Below are positions 41,791 to 51,246 of a stretch of 64,000 nucleotides of DNA, piece after piece; positions within the stretch are counted from its first letter, which is position 1; each line of letters starts with the position of its first letter. The position numbers and the translations under genes are program-made. The DNA comes from a bacterium (GTDB lineage Bacteria; SAR324; NAC60-12). The notes under the pieces are model-generated. The model was not told the DNA's origin, made no database searches, and was given only the letters and a program-made list of their open reading frames with translations. The DNA lies in the NCBI GenBank assembly GCA_965233585.1, contig CBDDTI010000295.1, positions 128,001-192,000 on the forward strand, in the 5' to 3' direction.

Positions 41791-43242
41791 TTGACCGCCA
41801 CATTCATACGTTCTTTCCTCATTTGCTTTTTTGTTCTTTGTCAGACTACTTTTGCATCAAGTCTGGTCATTGCACTAAAAGCCTTGCCAAGCCATTTAGA
41901 CCCTAGAAAAGTCAATCAACAAATAGGCAGGCAAATTTCACAGCCTCTGATTTATCAAACACTCATCACGCAAGATGATACTTTGCAGATTGCATCAGGG
42001 CTTGCCTCTTCATGGACAAGCGATGCAGGTCAGCAAGCCTATACCTTCAATTTGAACCCTCAATCAACATTTTCTGATGGTTCACCAGTGCTGGCAAAGG
42101 ATGTTCAGCAGGTGATTGAATACTTTTTGACCAATACCTCACCTTTTCGTTTTTTAAGAAAAAGTATTCAAGGGGTTTCTGTGATAGACCAGCACACGCT
42201 TAGAATTGATTTGTTTCAGCCTGACCCAACATTCCTTTTTAAAATGGTTCTGCCTGTTTACAAAATGGTGGATAACAAACCCATTGGCTCGGGTGCATTT
42301 GTCATTCAAGAACACACTGCCACAGAGTTACGACTTGTTCCAAATGTTCACGCTCTTCAAGCACCTCTTCTCAAAGAAGTCATTTTTCAAGTGATTAAAG
42401 AGAAGCAGAAGCTGTTGCAAAAGCTGACAAAAGGAGAGGTTGGCTTGGCAGTCAATCAGCTTTCACCAACTGAAGCCCAAGAACTTTCCAAAGAACAATT
42501 TCGTTTCACTTCATCTCCTGCGCTGGATTACCAATACATTGCGGTCAACACACAACGTCCTTTTTTACAAGAAACGGAAGTCAGGCAGGCATTGGCTTAT
42601 GCGATAGATAGAAAGCAGTTGAAACAAAGCAGCGGACGCACCCAAGCGATTCTTGCCAAAAGCCTTTTTCCTGAAAAAACGATGTTTGATGTTGCAAATT
42701 TGGAGGAATACCCCTACAATCCCAATCTTGCTAAAACGCTTCTTCAAGGTAAAAAGTTAAAATTGAGTTATCACACAACAGAAGAGACTCAAAACTTTGC
42801 AGAGACTTTGAAGCAACAACTTCAAAAAGTGGGTGTTGCATTGACCATTCATTATGAGAATGCAACCAGCTTGTTAGGCAGGGTGAATCGTGGGGATTTT
42901 GACCTTGCTTTCATGCGATGGCGGGGAGTGAGTGACCCAAGTCTTTATTTTTCTTTATTTCACTCTTCTCAACTTCCTTCGCAAGGTGGTTTTAATCACA
43001 CTCGGTTTCAATACCCGATGCTTGATGTTCTGTTGGAAAAAAAAGATTTGGCACAAAAAATGCTCAAGGCACACTATGGCAGGGTTCAAGCCCTGTTATC
43101 CCAAGAGTTGCCCTATTTGCATTTGTGGCATACTCAGAATTATGGGGTCTTTCACAGGTCTCTTTCAGGCTTTCAAATGAATCTGATTGGGAACTATGAA
43201 TCACTCCAACGAGTCAGATTGCAAAATAAAATGCAAAAATGA
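41791..43242 (+). CDS. ABC transporter substrate-binding protein, family 5 (peptide/nickel)
   Basis: LDP, LASSW..., FSDGSPV.A.DV, PIGSGAF, VRQALAYAIDR, YPYNP..AK.LL. Confidence 0.88.
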   Translation: MTATFIRSFLICFFVLCQTTFASSLVIALKALPSHLDPRKVNQQIGRQISQPLIYQTLITQDDTLQIASGLASSWTSDAGQQAYTFNLNPQSTFSDGSPVLAKDVQQVIEYFLTNTSPFRFLRKSIQGVSVIDQHTLRIDLFQPDPTFLFKMVLPVYKMVDNKPIGSGAFVIQEHTATELRLVPNVHALQAPLLKEVIFQVIKEKQKLLQKLTKGEVGLAVNQLSPTEAQELSKEQFRFTSSPALDYQYIAVNTQRPFLQETEVRQALAYAIDRKQLKQSSGRTQAILAKSLFPEKTMFDVANLEEYPYNPNLAKTLLQGKKLKLSYHTTEETQNFAETLKQQLQKVGVALTIHYENATSLLGRVNRGDFDLAFMRWRGVSDPSLYFSLFHSSQLPSQGGFNHTRFQYPMLDVLLEKKDLAQKMLKAHYGRVQALLSQELPYLHLWHTQNYGVFHRSLSGFQMNLIGNYESLQRVRLQNKMQK

Positions 43243-43243
43243 C

Positions 43244-43272
43244 TTGACTTTCAACTTCCAGTCAAATACAAT
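43244..43272 (+). promoter_or_regulatory. Sigma70 promoter of the porin gene with overlapping inverted repeat
   Basis: TTGACT-N17-TACAAT; TTGACT-N10-AGTCAA dyad. Confidence 0.65.
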
Positions 43273-43347
43273 GGCTGGTTTTTCTAGTTTGGCTGCCATT
43301 GGGGCAGTCATTTTTAACAGGGTCCATTGATTTTAAGGAGAAAAAAT

Positions 43348-44547
43348 ATGACTCTCAAACAACTCAAATCTTTGATGTTAGTAACATTCTCAGCTGCTGT
43401 CTTGTCTCAAGCTTCAGCCGCTGACGTCAAAGTTTCAGGAAGTGCAACTGGATATATCAAAAGTTTCTCTTCTAGCACAAAAGCAGCAGAGAAGGATGCT
43501 AAATCTAAATCTGTTAGCAAATGGGTGCATAAAGGTTCAGGTGCCGTCAAATTTTCAGCTGAAGAGCAGAAAGGAAGCACAACCTATTCTGCTGTCGTTT
43601 CAGGTGAAGGATACACAGGAGAAGCATTTAAATTAGATGACACTTACTTAGGAATCTCTATGGATTCAGGCTTGACCATTAAGTATGGTGGTGTCCGTGG
43701 AAGTGGTGTTGATGGCAGTTTTAGTGTTGGAGAATCTGTGGAAGCAAAAGGTGGAGCAGATTATTACTTCGGACAATACGCAAGGCAACGAAAAGGTGCT
43801 GTCATTGCATTTGCCACAGGAGACATTCATGCAGAATTAGCACTCGTTACTTTTAGTCAAGCCAAAAAAGATGATGGTACAGCTGAACTGAACTATCTAG
43901 GCTTCCGTCCTTACTTCAAATTTGACAACGGCATGATCCATGCTGATTTTGCCTATGACACCATTACTGGTGAGTCCACTGATGAAGATGACAAAGACAA
44001 AGACGAGAAGTCTGGTTTTGGACTCAATGTTCAATATTCAGGTGCAGGCGTCAAAGCTGGTTTCAACTATGGCTCTGGTGAGGATAGTGTCACAGCCTAC
44101 ACTCCTGCTGCTAAGGCAACCACTAAAAAAGTAAACAGGGTCGTTGCTGATGGCGATGGCTTTAAAGAGGAAGAAGTCGTAGTTCCTGTTGCTGAAGTCA
44201 AAGCATCCAAGAAAGTCACCAAAAAGGCTCCAGTTTCATTGGGAGTTTATGCTGGGTACGAGTTTGGAAGTGGCATGGCAGCTGGTATAAACTATAAAGC
44301 GACAACTGACGTTGAAAAAGTGGAAACTGATGCGGGGACATCTGAAACGAACCTGGCTACTGACAAAATTTACTTGGGATTTTCTCATAATGTGGGTGAA
44401 GGTCCTGTAACTTACTATGTCACTTACGCAACGTCCACTGCGACGAGTGAGGCTCAAAAGAACGCAAAAGGTGAGGATATTTCAGAGAAATTTAAATACG
44501 AGCAGAAGGTTGATGGCATTACTTTTAAAATGTCTTATGACTTCTAG
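43348..44547 (+). CDS. Major outer-membrane porin-like protein
   Basis: Strong AAGGAG RBS, signal peptide ASA|ADVKVSG, beta-strand periodicity, C-terminal MSYDF. Confidence 0.8.
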   Translation: MTLKQLKSLMLVTFSAAVLSQASAADVKVSGSATGYIKSFSSSTKAAEKDAKSKSVSKWVHKGSGAVKFSAEEQKGSTTYSAVVSGEGYTGEAFKLDDTYLGISMDSGLTIKYGGVRGSGVDGSFSVGESVEAKGGADYYFGQYARQRKGAVIAFATGDIHAELALVTFSQAKKDDGTAELNYLGFRPYFKFDNGMIHADFAYDTITGESTDEDDKDKDEKSGFGLNVQYSGAGVKAGFNYGSGEDSVTAYTPAAKATTKKVNRVVADGDGFKEEEVVVPVAEVKASKKVTKKAPVSLGVYAGYEFGSGMAAGINYKATTDVEKVETDAGTSETNLATDKIYLGFSHNVGEGPVTYYVTYATSTATSEAQKNAKGEDISEKFKYEQKVDGITFKMSYDF

Positions 44548-44569
44548 TCTTATTTGACTTTTCCCATTC

Positions 44570-44603
44570 AGGAATCTCTTTTAACAGAAGGGATTCCTTT
44601 TTT
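44570..44603 (+). terminator. Intrinsic terminator after the porin gene
   Basis: AGGAATCTCTT-loop-AAGGGATTCCT followed by a T run. Confidence 0.8.
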
Positions 44604-44784
44604 CCTTCCTCTCCTCTTTCTTCCCACCCTTTTTTTCTTTGATTCATCACAACCAGATAGAGAGGTTTTAAATCAAGACGTTTCTCTTTTCTCTTCTCTT
44701 TCATCTCTTTCACTGGTGTTGCACAGAAAAAATTTTGATTGTGAATCACGGTTGAGTTGTTGCGATTTTTTTCAACTAAACCAT

Positions 44785-44811
44785 TCAATTTTTTTGAAAA
44801 ACTGCCGATAC
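44785..44811 (+). promoter_or_regulatory. Sigma28-type promoter
   Basis: TCAA-N15-GCCGATAC, identical boxes and spacing to the flagellin promoter at 8018-8044. Confidence 0.7.
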
Positions 44812-44849
44812 TAAAGTTTTTGACGTGTCCTCATCAACTAAAAGTGGAT

Positions 44850-45251
44850 ATGAAAAACTTGATTGTGCTGACCTTGATTCTGACCATTCTGACTAGCTGT
44901 TCTACATTGAGGAGGCAGAACCAACCTGTTGTCGTGCAGTGTGCCTCTATACGAATTGCACAAGCCTATGACATGCACCATCTGGCAAAAATGAAGCTGG
45001 CAGAGTATTTCAGCGGTCGTTCTCTACAAAATCTGGTAGAAGCCTACTATGCCGCCATTGACTCGGTTTACATGGGACGCCTAGCCTCAAAATGTCAAGA
45101 CCGTAAAACCAATGACCTCTTCGCCTATCAAAATCTTTTCAGACTAAATTATGAGATTTGGAAGGTTGTCCGTATCAACCTCCGTGATGAAAACGAACTA
45201 TTGATGCTCTATGGAGACCAAGCATCTGATTTGATTGACATGCCCCAATGA
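44850..45251 (+). CDS. Lipoprotein of unknown function
   Basis: MKNLIVLTLILTILTS|C lipobox; helical body with two further Cys. Confidence 0.75.
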   Translation: MKNLIVLTLILTILTSCSTLRRQNQPVVVQCASIRIAQAYDMHHLAKMKLAEYFSGRSLQNLVEAYYAAIDSVYMGRLASKCQDRKTNDLFAYQNLFRLNYEIWKVVRINLRDENELLMLYGDQASDLIDMPQ

Positions 45252-45286
45252 GACGTGTGTCTTGAATGATTGAACAATCAAGTAAG

Positions 45287-47002
45287 CTATTGCTTGGGAA
45301 TGTTCTGTAAAAAAGGAATGTCTATGTCTGTGGAGGTAGAAAGTAGTAACAACAAATCGTGTTCTTCAATGATTAAATCATTGGCAGGGTGGACAAAAAG
45401 TTGCCGATTCCTTGACACTGCCAAGCCGATGCAATCGTATTCAAAAAGTAAATGCGAGACCTCCAGCCATGAAAGCTCTTTGAAACCTTCTTTGACCTGA
45501 AACACACGCAAAGAATTGGTCTTAATTTTTTGTGTCACAATCCTTTTAATGAGAATTTCATAGCCTTCATTAGAAAGACTTTGAGCCATGAGCGGTGCGC
45601 TTAACTCATCTGCATTGATATAAAAATCACAACCAATGTATTCCAAATTGGTAGCAAATTCAGGCGAGCGAAAACTGGCAACAGTCTTGACAACTCCTTG
45701 CGTCAGCGATTCCAAAATTAAAACACACATCATCGTATAGCTATCGCTACGGTGGTCTAAAAAAGCAACTTTCACATGGGAGGGTCTCATACGTGAAAGC
45801 TCATAATCTGCAACCAAATCCATCTGAACCCATTTGGTATTGTTCTCCAGTGGAAAATCAGACGGAGGAGTCTGGCGAGAAATGATGAGAACTTCTTCAT
45901 CTTGCTTGACAAATTCCAGCTCTGCCAGCAGTCTTTGAATGAATAACAGAGAATCTGAAGCAATCAAGACAACTCCTTGACTAGGGAAGTCAATTTTTTC
46001 AGGCAGTTTTGTCCCATAAGCTAGATTGTGTTTGGGAGGTTTCAAGCTCAACACACTGTCATTTTGACGAATGACGAAATCTTGGGGCGGGCTGATGTGA
46101 ATTTGCTGGTCTTCTGTCAAAATAGCAATAGGCGTCTCATTGTGGTTTTTCGCCTTGATGAAGTAATCCTTCCAAGAAAGACTACCCTCGTTTTGAGGAA
46201 GCAGTTGAGTTTGAATTTGAGGAAACATGGGATCCCGCAGAATCACCTCCCTTGTCCATAAATAGCTTTCTTGAGAAAGAAACGCCCTCACCATCATCGG
46301 AACGAAAATGTCAAAAGGATTCAGCACTCTATCGCAACCCAATTTTCTAAAGTTGGCATCGCTCCGTAATCCGTAATCAATGGCAGCGACAGTCATTTTC
46401 TTCTGGGAGATATTTTTCAGCTGGATAATGCCTGTTGTTGTCTCGCTGTTGTCTCTAAAAAAAACATAGGCATCTTTTGCATGGGCAGCACCTGCTCGTT
46501 GACTGACCAAATGCTCTGACGGATGCCCTGCAATCCAAGGCAATTTTGCAAATTCACTCCTTTGCAGAGGGTGTTTTTTGGAGGGTGCAACAATCACAAT
46601 CTTGCCTTCCTTTAATTTTTGAGGATATTCGTGAATCACAGATTCAATGAAGCGAACATCATCAGAACAGATTAAAAGATGCCCTTTTTTACGGAAGGGC
46701 TTGATGCCCAAATAGGCGGCACTTTGAAACCCAAAAAAGAGTTGTGAGAACAAAGAGATGATGAGTGAGTTGACAATCACCCCAGAAGAAATGACAAAAA
46801 TCGCAAAGACTTTTCCTTCAATCGTGACAGGAGCATGATCTCCATAGCCGACTGTGGTAATGGTCACAACTGTCCACCATAAACTTTCAAAGAGGTCTGC
46901 AAAGTCTTTGTTTGTTCCTTCTTCAATGATAAAAATCCCAAAAGTGGCAGTGATGACAGAAAGGAGCAGAAAAAAGCATGCAAAAATCCATTGTCTAGAC
47001 AT
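45287..47002 (-). CDS. Two-TM potassium channel with tandem RCK-like domains
   Basis: Selectivity filter TTVGYGD; two similar cytoplasmic domains (GHLLICSD / GVVLIASD; LGCD.V / IGCD.Y). Confidence 0.88.
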   Translation of the reverse strand: MSRQWIFACFFLLLSVITATFGIFIIEEGTNKDFADLFESLWWTVVTITTVGYGDHAPVTIEGKVFAIFVISSGVIVNSLIISLFSQLFFGFQSAAYLGIKPFRKKGHLLICSDDVRFIESVIHEYPQKLKEGKIVIVAPSKKHPLQRSEFAKLPWIAGHPSEHLVSQRAGAAHAKDAYVFFRDNSETTTGIIQLKNISQKKMTVAAIDYGLRSDANFRKLGCDRVLNPFDIFVPMMVRAFLSQESYLWTREVILRDPMFPQIQTQLLPQNEGSLSWKDYFIKAKNHNETPIAILTEDQQIHISPPQDFVIRQNDSVLSLKPPKHNLAYGTKLPEKIDFPSQGVVLIASDSLLFIQRLLAELEFVKQDEEVLIISRQTPPSDFPLENNTKWVQMDLVADYELSRMRPSHVKVAFLDHRSDSYTMMCVLILESLTQGVVKTVASFRSPEFATNLEYIGCDFYINADELSAPLMAQSLSNEGYEILIKRIVTQKIKTNSLRVFQVKEGFKELSWLEVSHLLFEYDCIGLAVSRNRQLFVHPANDLIIEEHDLLLLLSTSTDIDIPFLQNIPKQ

Positions 47003-47041
47003 GAATGAAGAGAAGTTTAGGGTGAATCAAAATGTTGAGGA

Positions 47042-49066
47042 TTACTGCTTAAATTTGGCAAAGAAGTCTGCCCTTGCAGATTCGGTAGCACGCGCCTTTT
47101 CTTCTTTGGTGCAAATGAAGTGTGGAGGGTTTTGGAACAAGTTTGCTGATAAATCTTTGACAAAACATGAGGGTTGACAATTAATGGTTTCTTTGTAACG
47201 TCTTTTTGTTCTATATGCAGAAAGTGTGAGTTCTTCACAGGCACGAGTCATGCCCACGTAGCAAAGTCTTCTTTCTTCCTCCATTCGTTGCTCTTGCATA
47301 GCAATCTTATTGGGAAATGACTCATCAACCATTGATGTCATAAAGACGTAAGGATATTCTAACCCTTTCACACTGTGATATGTTGCAAGGGTGACTAAAT
47401 TTTGTTGGGCGTCATCAGACCTGTCTTCGTTTTGGAACAAGGCAATCCGTTCCAAATAGTTTTTGAGCGTGGCATCAGGATAACGTTCGGCGTAAAAATG
47501 GAGTCCACGAGAAAGCTCTAACACACATGAAACACGTCTTTCTTTAGTTTGGGTGTCTGTGTCCTCTTGTCTCAATGCTTGTAAAAATCCTGTGTGTTCC
47601 AACAGAGCATCAAAGGCATTTCCTAATGTTTCTTTTTCAAACATGTTTTGAAAATGCTTAATCATCTCGCAAAATCTTCCCATAGAATCTGCTGCTGTGG
47701 CAGAAAGATTTGGAATATGAGAGGCATAAATCATGGTGCTAAACAATGAACGTTCATTGTCTCTGGCAATCTGTGTGATTTTGGTCAAAGACACCTGACC
47801 AATTCCGCGTCTTGGAAAAGCAACAGCTCGTCTTAAACCGACTTCATCACTAGAATTTGCAATGACCCGCAAATAGGCTAGAACATCTCTAATTTCACGC
47901 CTTTCATAAAAGCTCAGTGAACCTTTGACTTTGTAAGGAATTTGGCATTCTCGCAAGGCTTCTTCAATTTGACGAGATTGAAAATTAGAACGATATAAGA
48001 TGGCATAATCTCCATACTTTCTGGCTTGTCCTTGTGTTTCGCTTCTCAAGACTTTGGCAATACGAGCCACCTCTTCTCTATCATTGTCTTCATAAACCCA
48101 GCGAATCTTTTTGCCTTGTGGTTTGCTAGACCATAGCTTTTTGTCAATGCGATTGGGATTATTTGCAATGATTTGGTTTGCCGCCTCTAAAATCACGGAA
48201 GTAGAACGATAATTTTGCTCAAGTTTAATTGTCTTGGCTTGTGGAAAGTCTTTTTGAAAATCTAAAATATTGCGTTGGTCTGCACCCCTCCAGCCATAAA
48301 TAGATTGGTCATCATCTCCTACAACACACAAATTTTGGTGTTCCTTTGTCAAGAGTTGCAACAGTTCATATTGTGGTCTGTTGGTGTCTTGATATTCATC
48401 AACCATGACGAAGCGATTCTGTGTTGACAGCTCTGCATTGACATCAGGAAAAGTGCGGAGCAACCTCAAAGTTTGTAAAAGCAAATCGTCAAAATCCATC
48501 AATCCATTGGTAAACAAATAGCTTTGATATTCTTGGTAAATGGGTTCAACTTCTTTGGCAGTTTGCGACCCCCACTGTGCATCAAGTAGCTGAAAGAAGT
48601 TGCCATTTTGCATTTTGCAAGTGCTGATACAACGCAAGATAGCTTTGTATTCATCTTTTTTCAAATCGTATCCTTGGTCTTCTGCAACCTGTTTGATGAG
48701 GGCAAGTTGGTCAGAGGCATCATAAATGGTGAAGTTTTTAGGATATTTGAGGCGGTCTGCATATTGACGTAAAACACGAACACAAAACGAATGAAAAGTA
48801 CAAACCCTCACTTGTTTGGCACGCCCCCCAATCATTTGCTTCAGTCGGTCTTTCATCTCTTCTGCGGCTTTGTTGGTGAAGGTTACAGCCAAAATCTGAT
48901 GGGGTAGGATTTGATGAGACTCAATCATGTGTCCAATTCTCGCGATGATGACACGTGTTTTGCCGCTTCCTGCCCCTGCAAGCAAAAGCAAAGGTCCTTG
49001 AATACTCATCACTGCTTGTTGCTGTTGAGGGTTGAGCTGTTGAATTTTGGGAGGAATTTTAGACAT
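47042..49066 (-). CDS. UvrD/Rep/PcrA superfamily 1A helicase (Rep-like C terminus)
   Basis: LAGAGSGKTRV, VDEYQDTN, VGDDDQSIYGWRGA, LEQNYRS, EERRLCYVGMTRA. Confidence 0.95.
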   Translation of the reverse strand: MSKIPPKIQQLNPQQQQAVMSIQGPLLLLAGAGSGKTRVIIARIGHMIESHQILPHQILAVTFTNKAAEEMKDRLKQMIGGRAKQVRVCTFHSFCVRVLRQYADRLKYPKNFTIYDASDQLALIKQVAEDQGYDLKKDEYKAILRCISTCKMQNGNFFQLLDAQWGSQTAKEVEPIYQEYQSYLFTNGLMDFDDLLLQTLRLLRTFPDVNAELSTQNRFVMVDEYQDTNRPQYELLQLLTKEHQNLCVVGDDDQSIYGWRGADQRNILDFQKDFPQAKTIKLEQNYRSTSVILEAANQIIANNPNRIDKKLWSSKPQGKKIRWVYEDNDREEVARIAKVLRSETQGQARKYGDYAILYRSNFQSRQIEEALRECQIPYKVKGSLSFYERREIRDVLAYLRVIANSSDEVGLRRAVAFPRRGIGQVSLTKITQIARDNERSLFSTMIYASHIPNLSATAADSMGRFCEMIKHFQNMFEKETLGNAFDALLEHTGFLQALRQEDTDTQTKERRVSCVLELSRGLHFYAERYPDATLKNYLERIALFQNEDRSDDAQQNLVTLATYHSVKGLEYPYVFMTSMVDESFPNKIAMQEQRMEEERRLCYVGMTRACEELTLSAYRTKRRYKETINCQPSCFVKDLSANLFQNPPHFICTKEEKARATESARADFFAKFKQ

Positions 49067-49131
49067 TGAAACTATTGCTCAAATGGTGTGTAATGGAAAG
49101 TTTTTTTGACTCTATTTGGAGGATTTGAACC

Positions 49132-50691
49132 ATGGATCCAAATTATTATGTCATTTCTCTTGCGCCCGGCTGTATTGAGGGTTTGAAAGTTGGTGTTGAA
49201 AAGAAAGGCTCTGCTTTTTGTGATGAGACTTACTCCAAGTTGTGGGAAAACGATTTGATTTTGGACTCTGAACAAAACCTTGAGCAGTTTATCAAGTTTC
49301 ATGGCTGGAATCAAGGGTATGTTCGTGCTATCCTGCCAGCCAGCCTTGTTTCCACACGTTCCATCTCCTTTCCCTTTAACGACCCAAAAAAAATTAAACA
49401 AGCCTTGCATTTTAAAATAGAATCCGAACTGCTCCAAGAATTGGATTCTGTTCAGTTGGCATACCAAATCATACTTTCTGACCAAGATGCAGAGGTGATT
49501 GTTTACACAACATCTAAATCTGAGATTGAGCGACTAGACCAAGTCATCAGTCATTACAACCTGCTTTTATATGAGGTCAGCTTTTACGGGCATGCTCTAC
49601 TTCATACCTTGCCCCAAGTTATTGATGAAAATGACTATTACCAAGTTTATCTAGGTGTAGAAGAAGTTTTTGTCAACTGCATCAAAAATAGACAACTTGT
49701 CAAAAATAAATTTTTTCAAACTCAATTTCTTGACATTCTAAAATATTTGCTTGCGACCGAATTGGAAATTGCACCCAACGAAGAAATAGAACTTGAAGAA
49801 GACGAAGCCTTTGCCCTGTTGGAAACAGAAGGTAGCTTGGAGGGAACTCCCGTTTTTGAAAATGAACCACGCAAGGAGTTAATTCAGGAAATCACCCAAC
49901 TTTGTCATCAACTTAACTTTTTCTTTGGCACTATGCCAGAGCAAGAGATTTTAATTTACGGCAAACTTTCGGATTTAGTTAGATTTGACGGACAGACCTT
50001 TCAACCACATTTGGCGCAACTAGACCAATGGATTGAAAGCAATGATGAACAATGGGGGATTCTTTCTACACTTGCTGACAGTTCTGACTTTCTGAATGCT
50101 CAAAATGCCCCTGTCACATTTTATTCCAGAACCAAATTTCTTGGCTTTTTGATGTTGAGGAAGTTTGCAATCCGTGCGTTCATGGTAGGTTTTTTGTTCA
50201 TTGCAACTGGTTTCTCTTTGGCTGTTGGAAGGTATTGGGAGCAAACCTTATCTGAACAAGCCACCGTCAAAAATCAAAGATTATTGCAAGAACGTTTACA
50301 AATGTTATTGCCTGACGAGGCTGTTACAAATCTGACTCAAGGTGTAGAGCTTTTGAAGGAAAAAATCCAAAAAAGGCAGTATGAGTTAAACATCAGTACT
50401 CCCTTCTTTGAAAGAAACTACTCCAGTTTGAATTTGTTGAAGCAAATCTCAAACACCTTTCCTTCCTTTGCGGAGTCCTCCATTGATCATATCAAATTCT
50501 TGGAATCAGAGCTTTTGATTAGTGGTCAAACTAAAAATTATGACCAACTTGAGGAAATTAGGAAGATTGTTGAGGGTTCTCAATTTTTCGCCAATCAAGT
50601 TGTCAAAGTCACCAATAATAGAACATCAGAAGGGGTGCTGTTTCAAATCATTGTGCGATCTGAAAATCTAACAGAAAGTACAGATTTGTGA
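49132..50691 (+). CDS. GspL/PilMN-like inner-membrane platform protein
   Basis: R.ISFPF.D.KKI.QAL.F.IE cytoplasmic domain, one TM, coiled coil, PilN-like ISG.T..YD.LE.I C terminus. Confidence 0.6.
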   Translation: MDPNYYVISLAPGCIEGLKVGVEKKGSAFCDETYSKLWENDLILDSEQNLEQFIKFHGWNQGYVRAILPASLVSTRSISFPFNDPKKIKQALHFKIESELLQELDSVQLAYQIILSDQDAEVIVYTTSKSEIERLDQVISHYNLLLYEVSFYGHALLHTLPQVIDENDYYQVYLGVEEVFVNCIKNRQLVKNKFFQTQFLDILKYLLATELEIAPNEEIELEEDEAFALLETEGSLEGTPVFENEPRKELIQEITQLCHQLNFFFGTMPEQEILIYGKLSDLVRFDGQTFQPHLAQLDQWIESNDEQWGILSTLADSSDFLNAQNAPVTFYSRTKFLGFLMLRKFAIRAFMVGFLFIATGFSLAVGRYWEQTLSEQATVKNQRLLQERLQMLLPDEAVTNLTQGVELLKEKIQKRQYELNISTPFFERNYSSLNLLKQISNTFPSFAESSIDHIKFLESELLISGQTKNYDQLEEIRKIVEGSQFFANQVVKVTNNRTSEGVLFQIIVRSENLTESTDL

Positions 50692-50750
50692 TTTAAAATC
50701 TGATTTTTATGATATAATCCCTTGCTTTTGACGTATCATCAAATTTTATT

Positions 50751-51104
50751 ATGAACCAAGAACAACTTCATCAGTTTGAACAAAAACTTGTTCAAATGAG
50801 GCAACAAATTTTAGATGAATCAGACCATACTCGCTTTGATCTAAGACAAGAAGACACTCTTTTATCTGATGCTTATGATCGCGCATCTTTGGAAACAGAC
50901 CGCAGTACAGTCTTACGTATTAGAGACAGAGAACGTAAATTACTCCTGAAGATTGAGCAAGCATTAGAGAGAGTTCACCAAGAAACTTTTGGCTTTTGTT
51001 TGGAATGTGAAGAAGAAATCCCTTATGAAAGATTGAATGCCCGCCCGATGACTACATTGTGTATTGAATGCAAGGAACAACAAGAAAAAGGAGAAAAGTT
51101 TTAA
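50751..51104 (+). CDS. dksA: RNA polymerase-binding protein DksA
   Basis: D..DRAS.E; RERKLL.KI..AL; C..C.E.I...RL.ARP.T.LCIECK. Confidence 0.95.
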   Translation: MNQEQLHQFEQKLVQMRQQILDESDHTRFDLRQEDTLLSDAYDRASLETDRSTVLRIRDRERKLLLKIEQALERVHQETFGFCLECEEEIPYERLNARPMTTLCIECKEQQEKGEKF

Positions 51105-51246
51105 ATTCAGACTAGTCAAATTGTTTGGTGACACCCGCAAAGCATTCAAATTTCCTATGACTGACACGACCAGATCAGACTTCAAAATTTTGCCATCAAT
51201 CATTATTTACCTTCCTAATACATTTTTCAAACAGACAGGCAGACAC

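Noticed and set aside
44525..44814. ORFs on both strands over the pyrimidine-rich tract after the porin gene
   Set aside because: They span a terminator and low-complexity CT-rich DNA.
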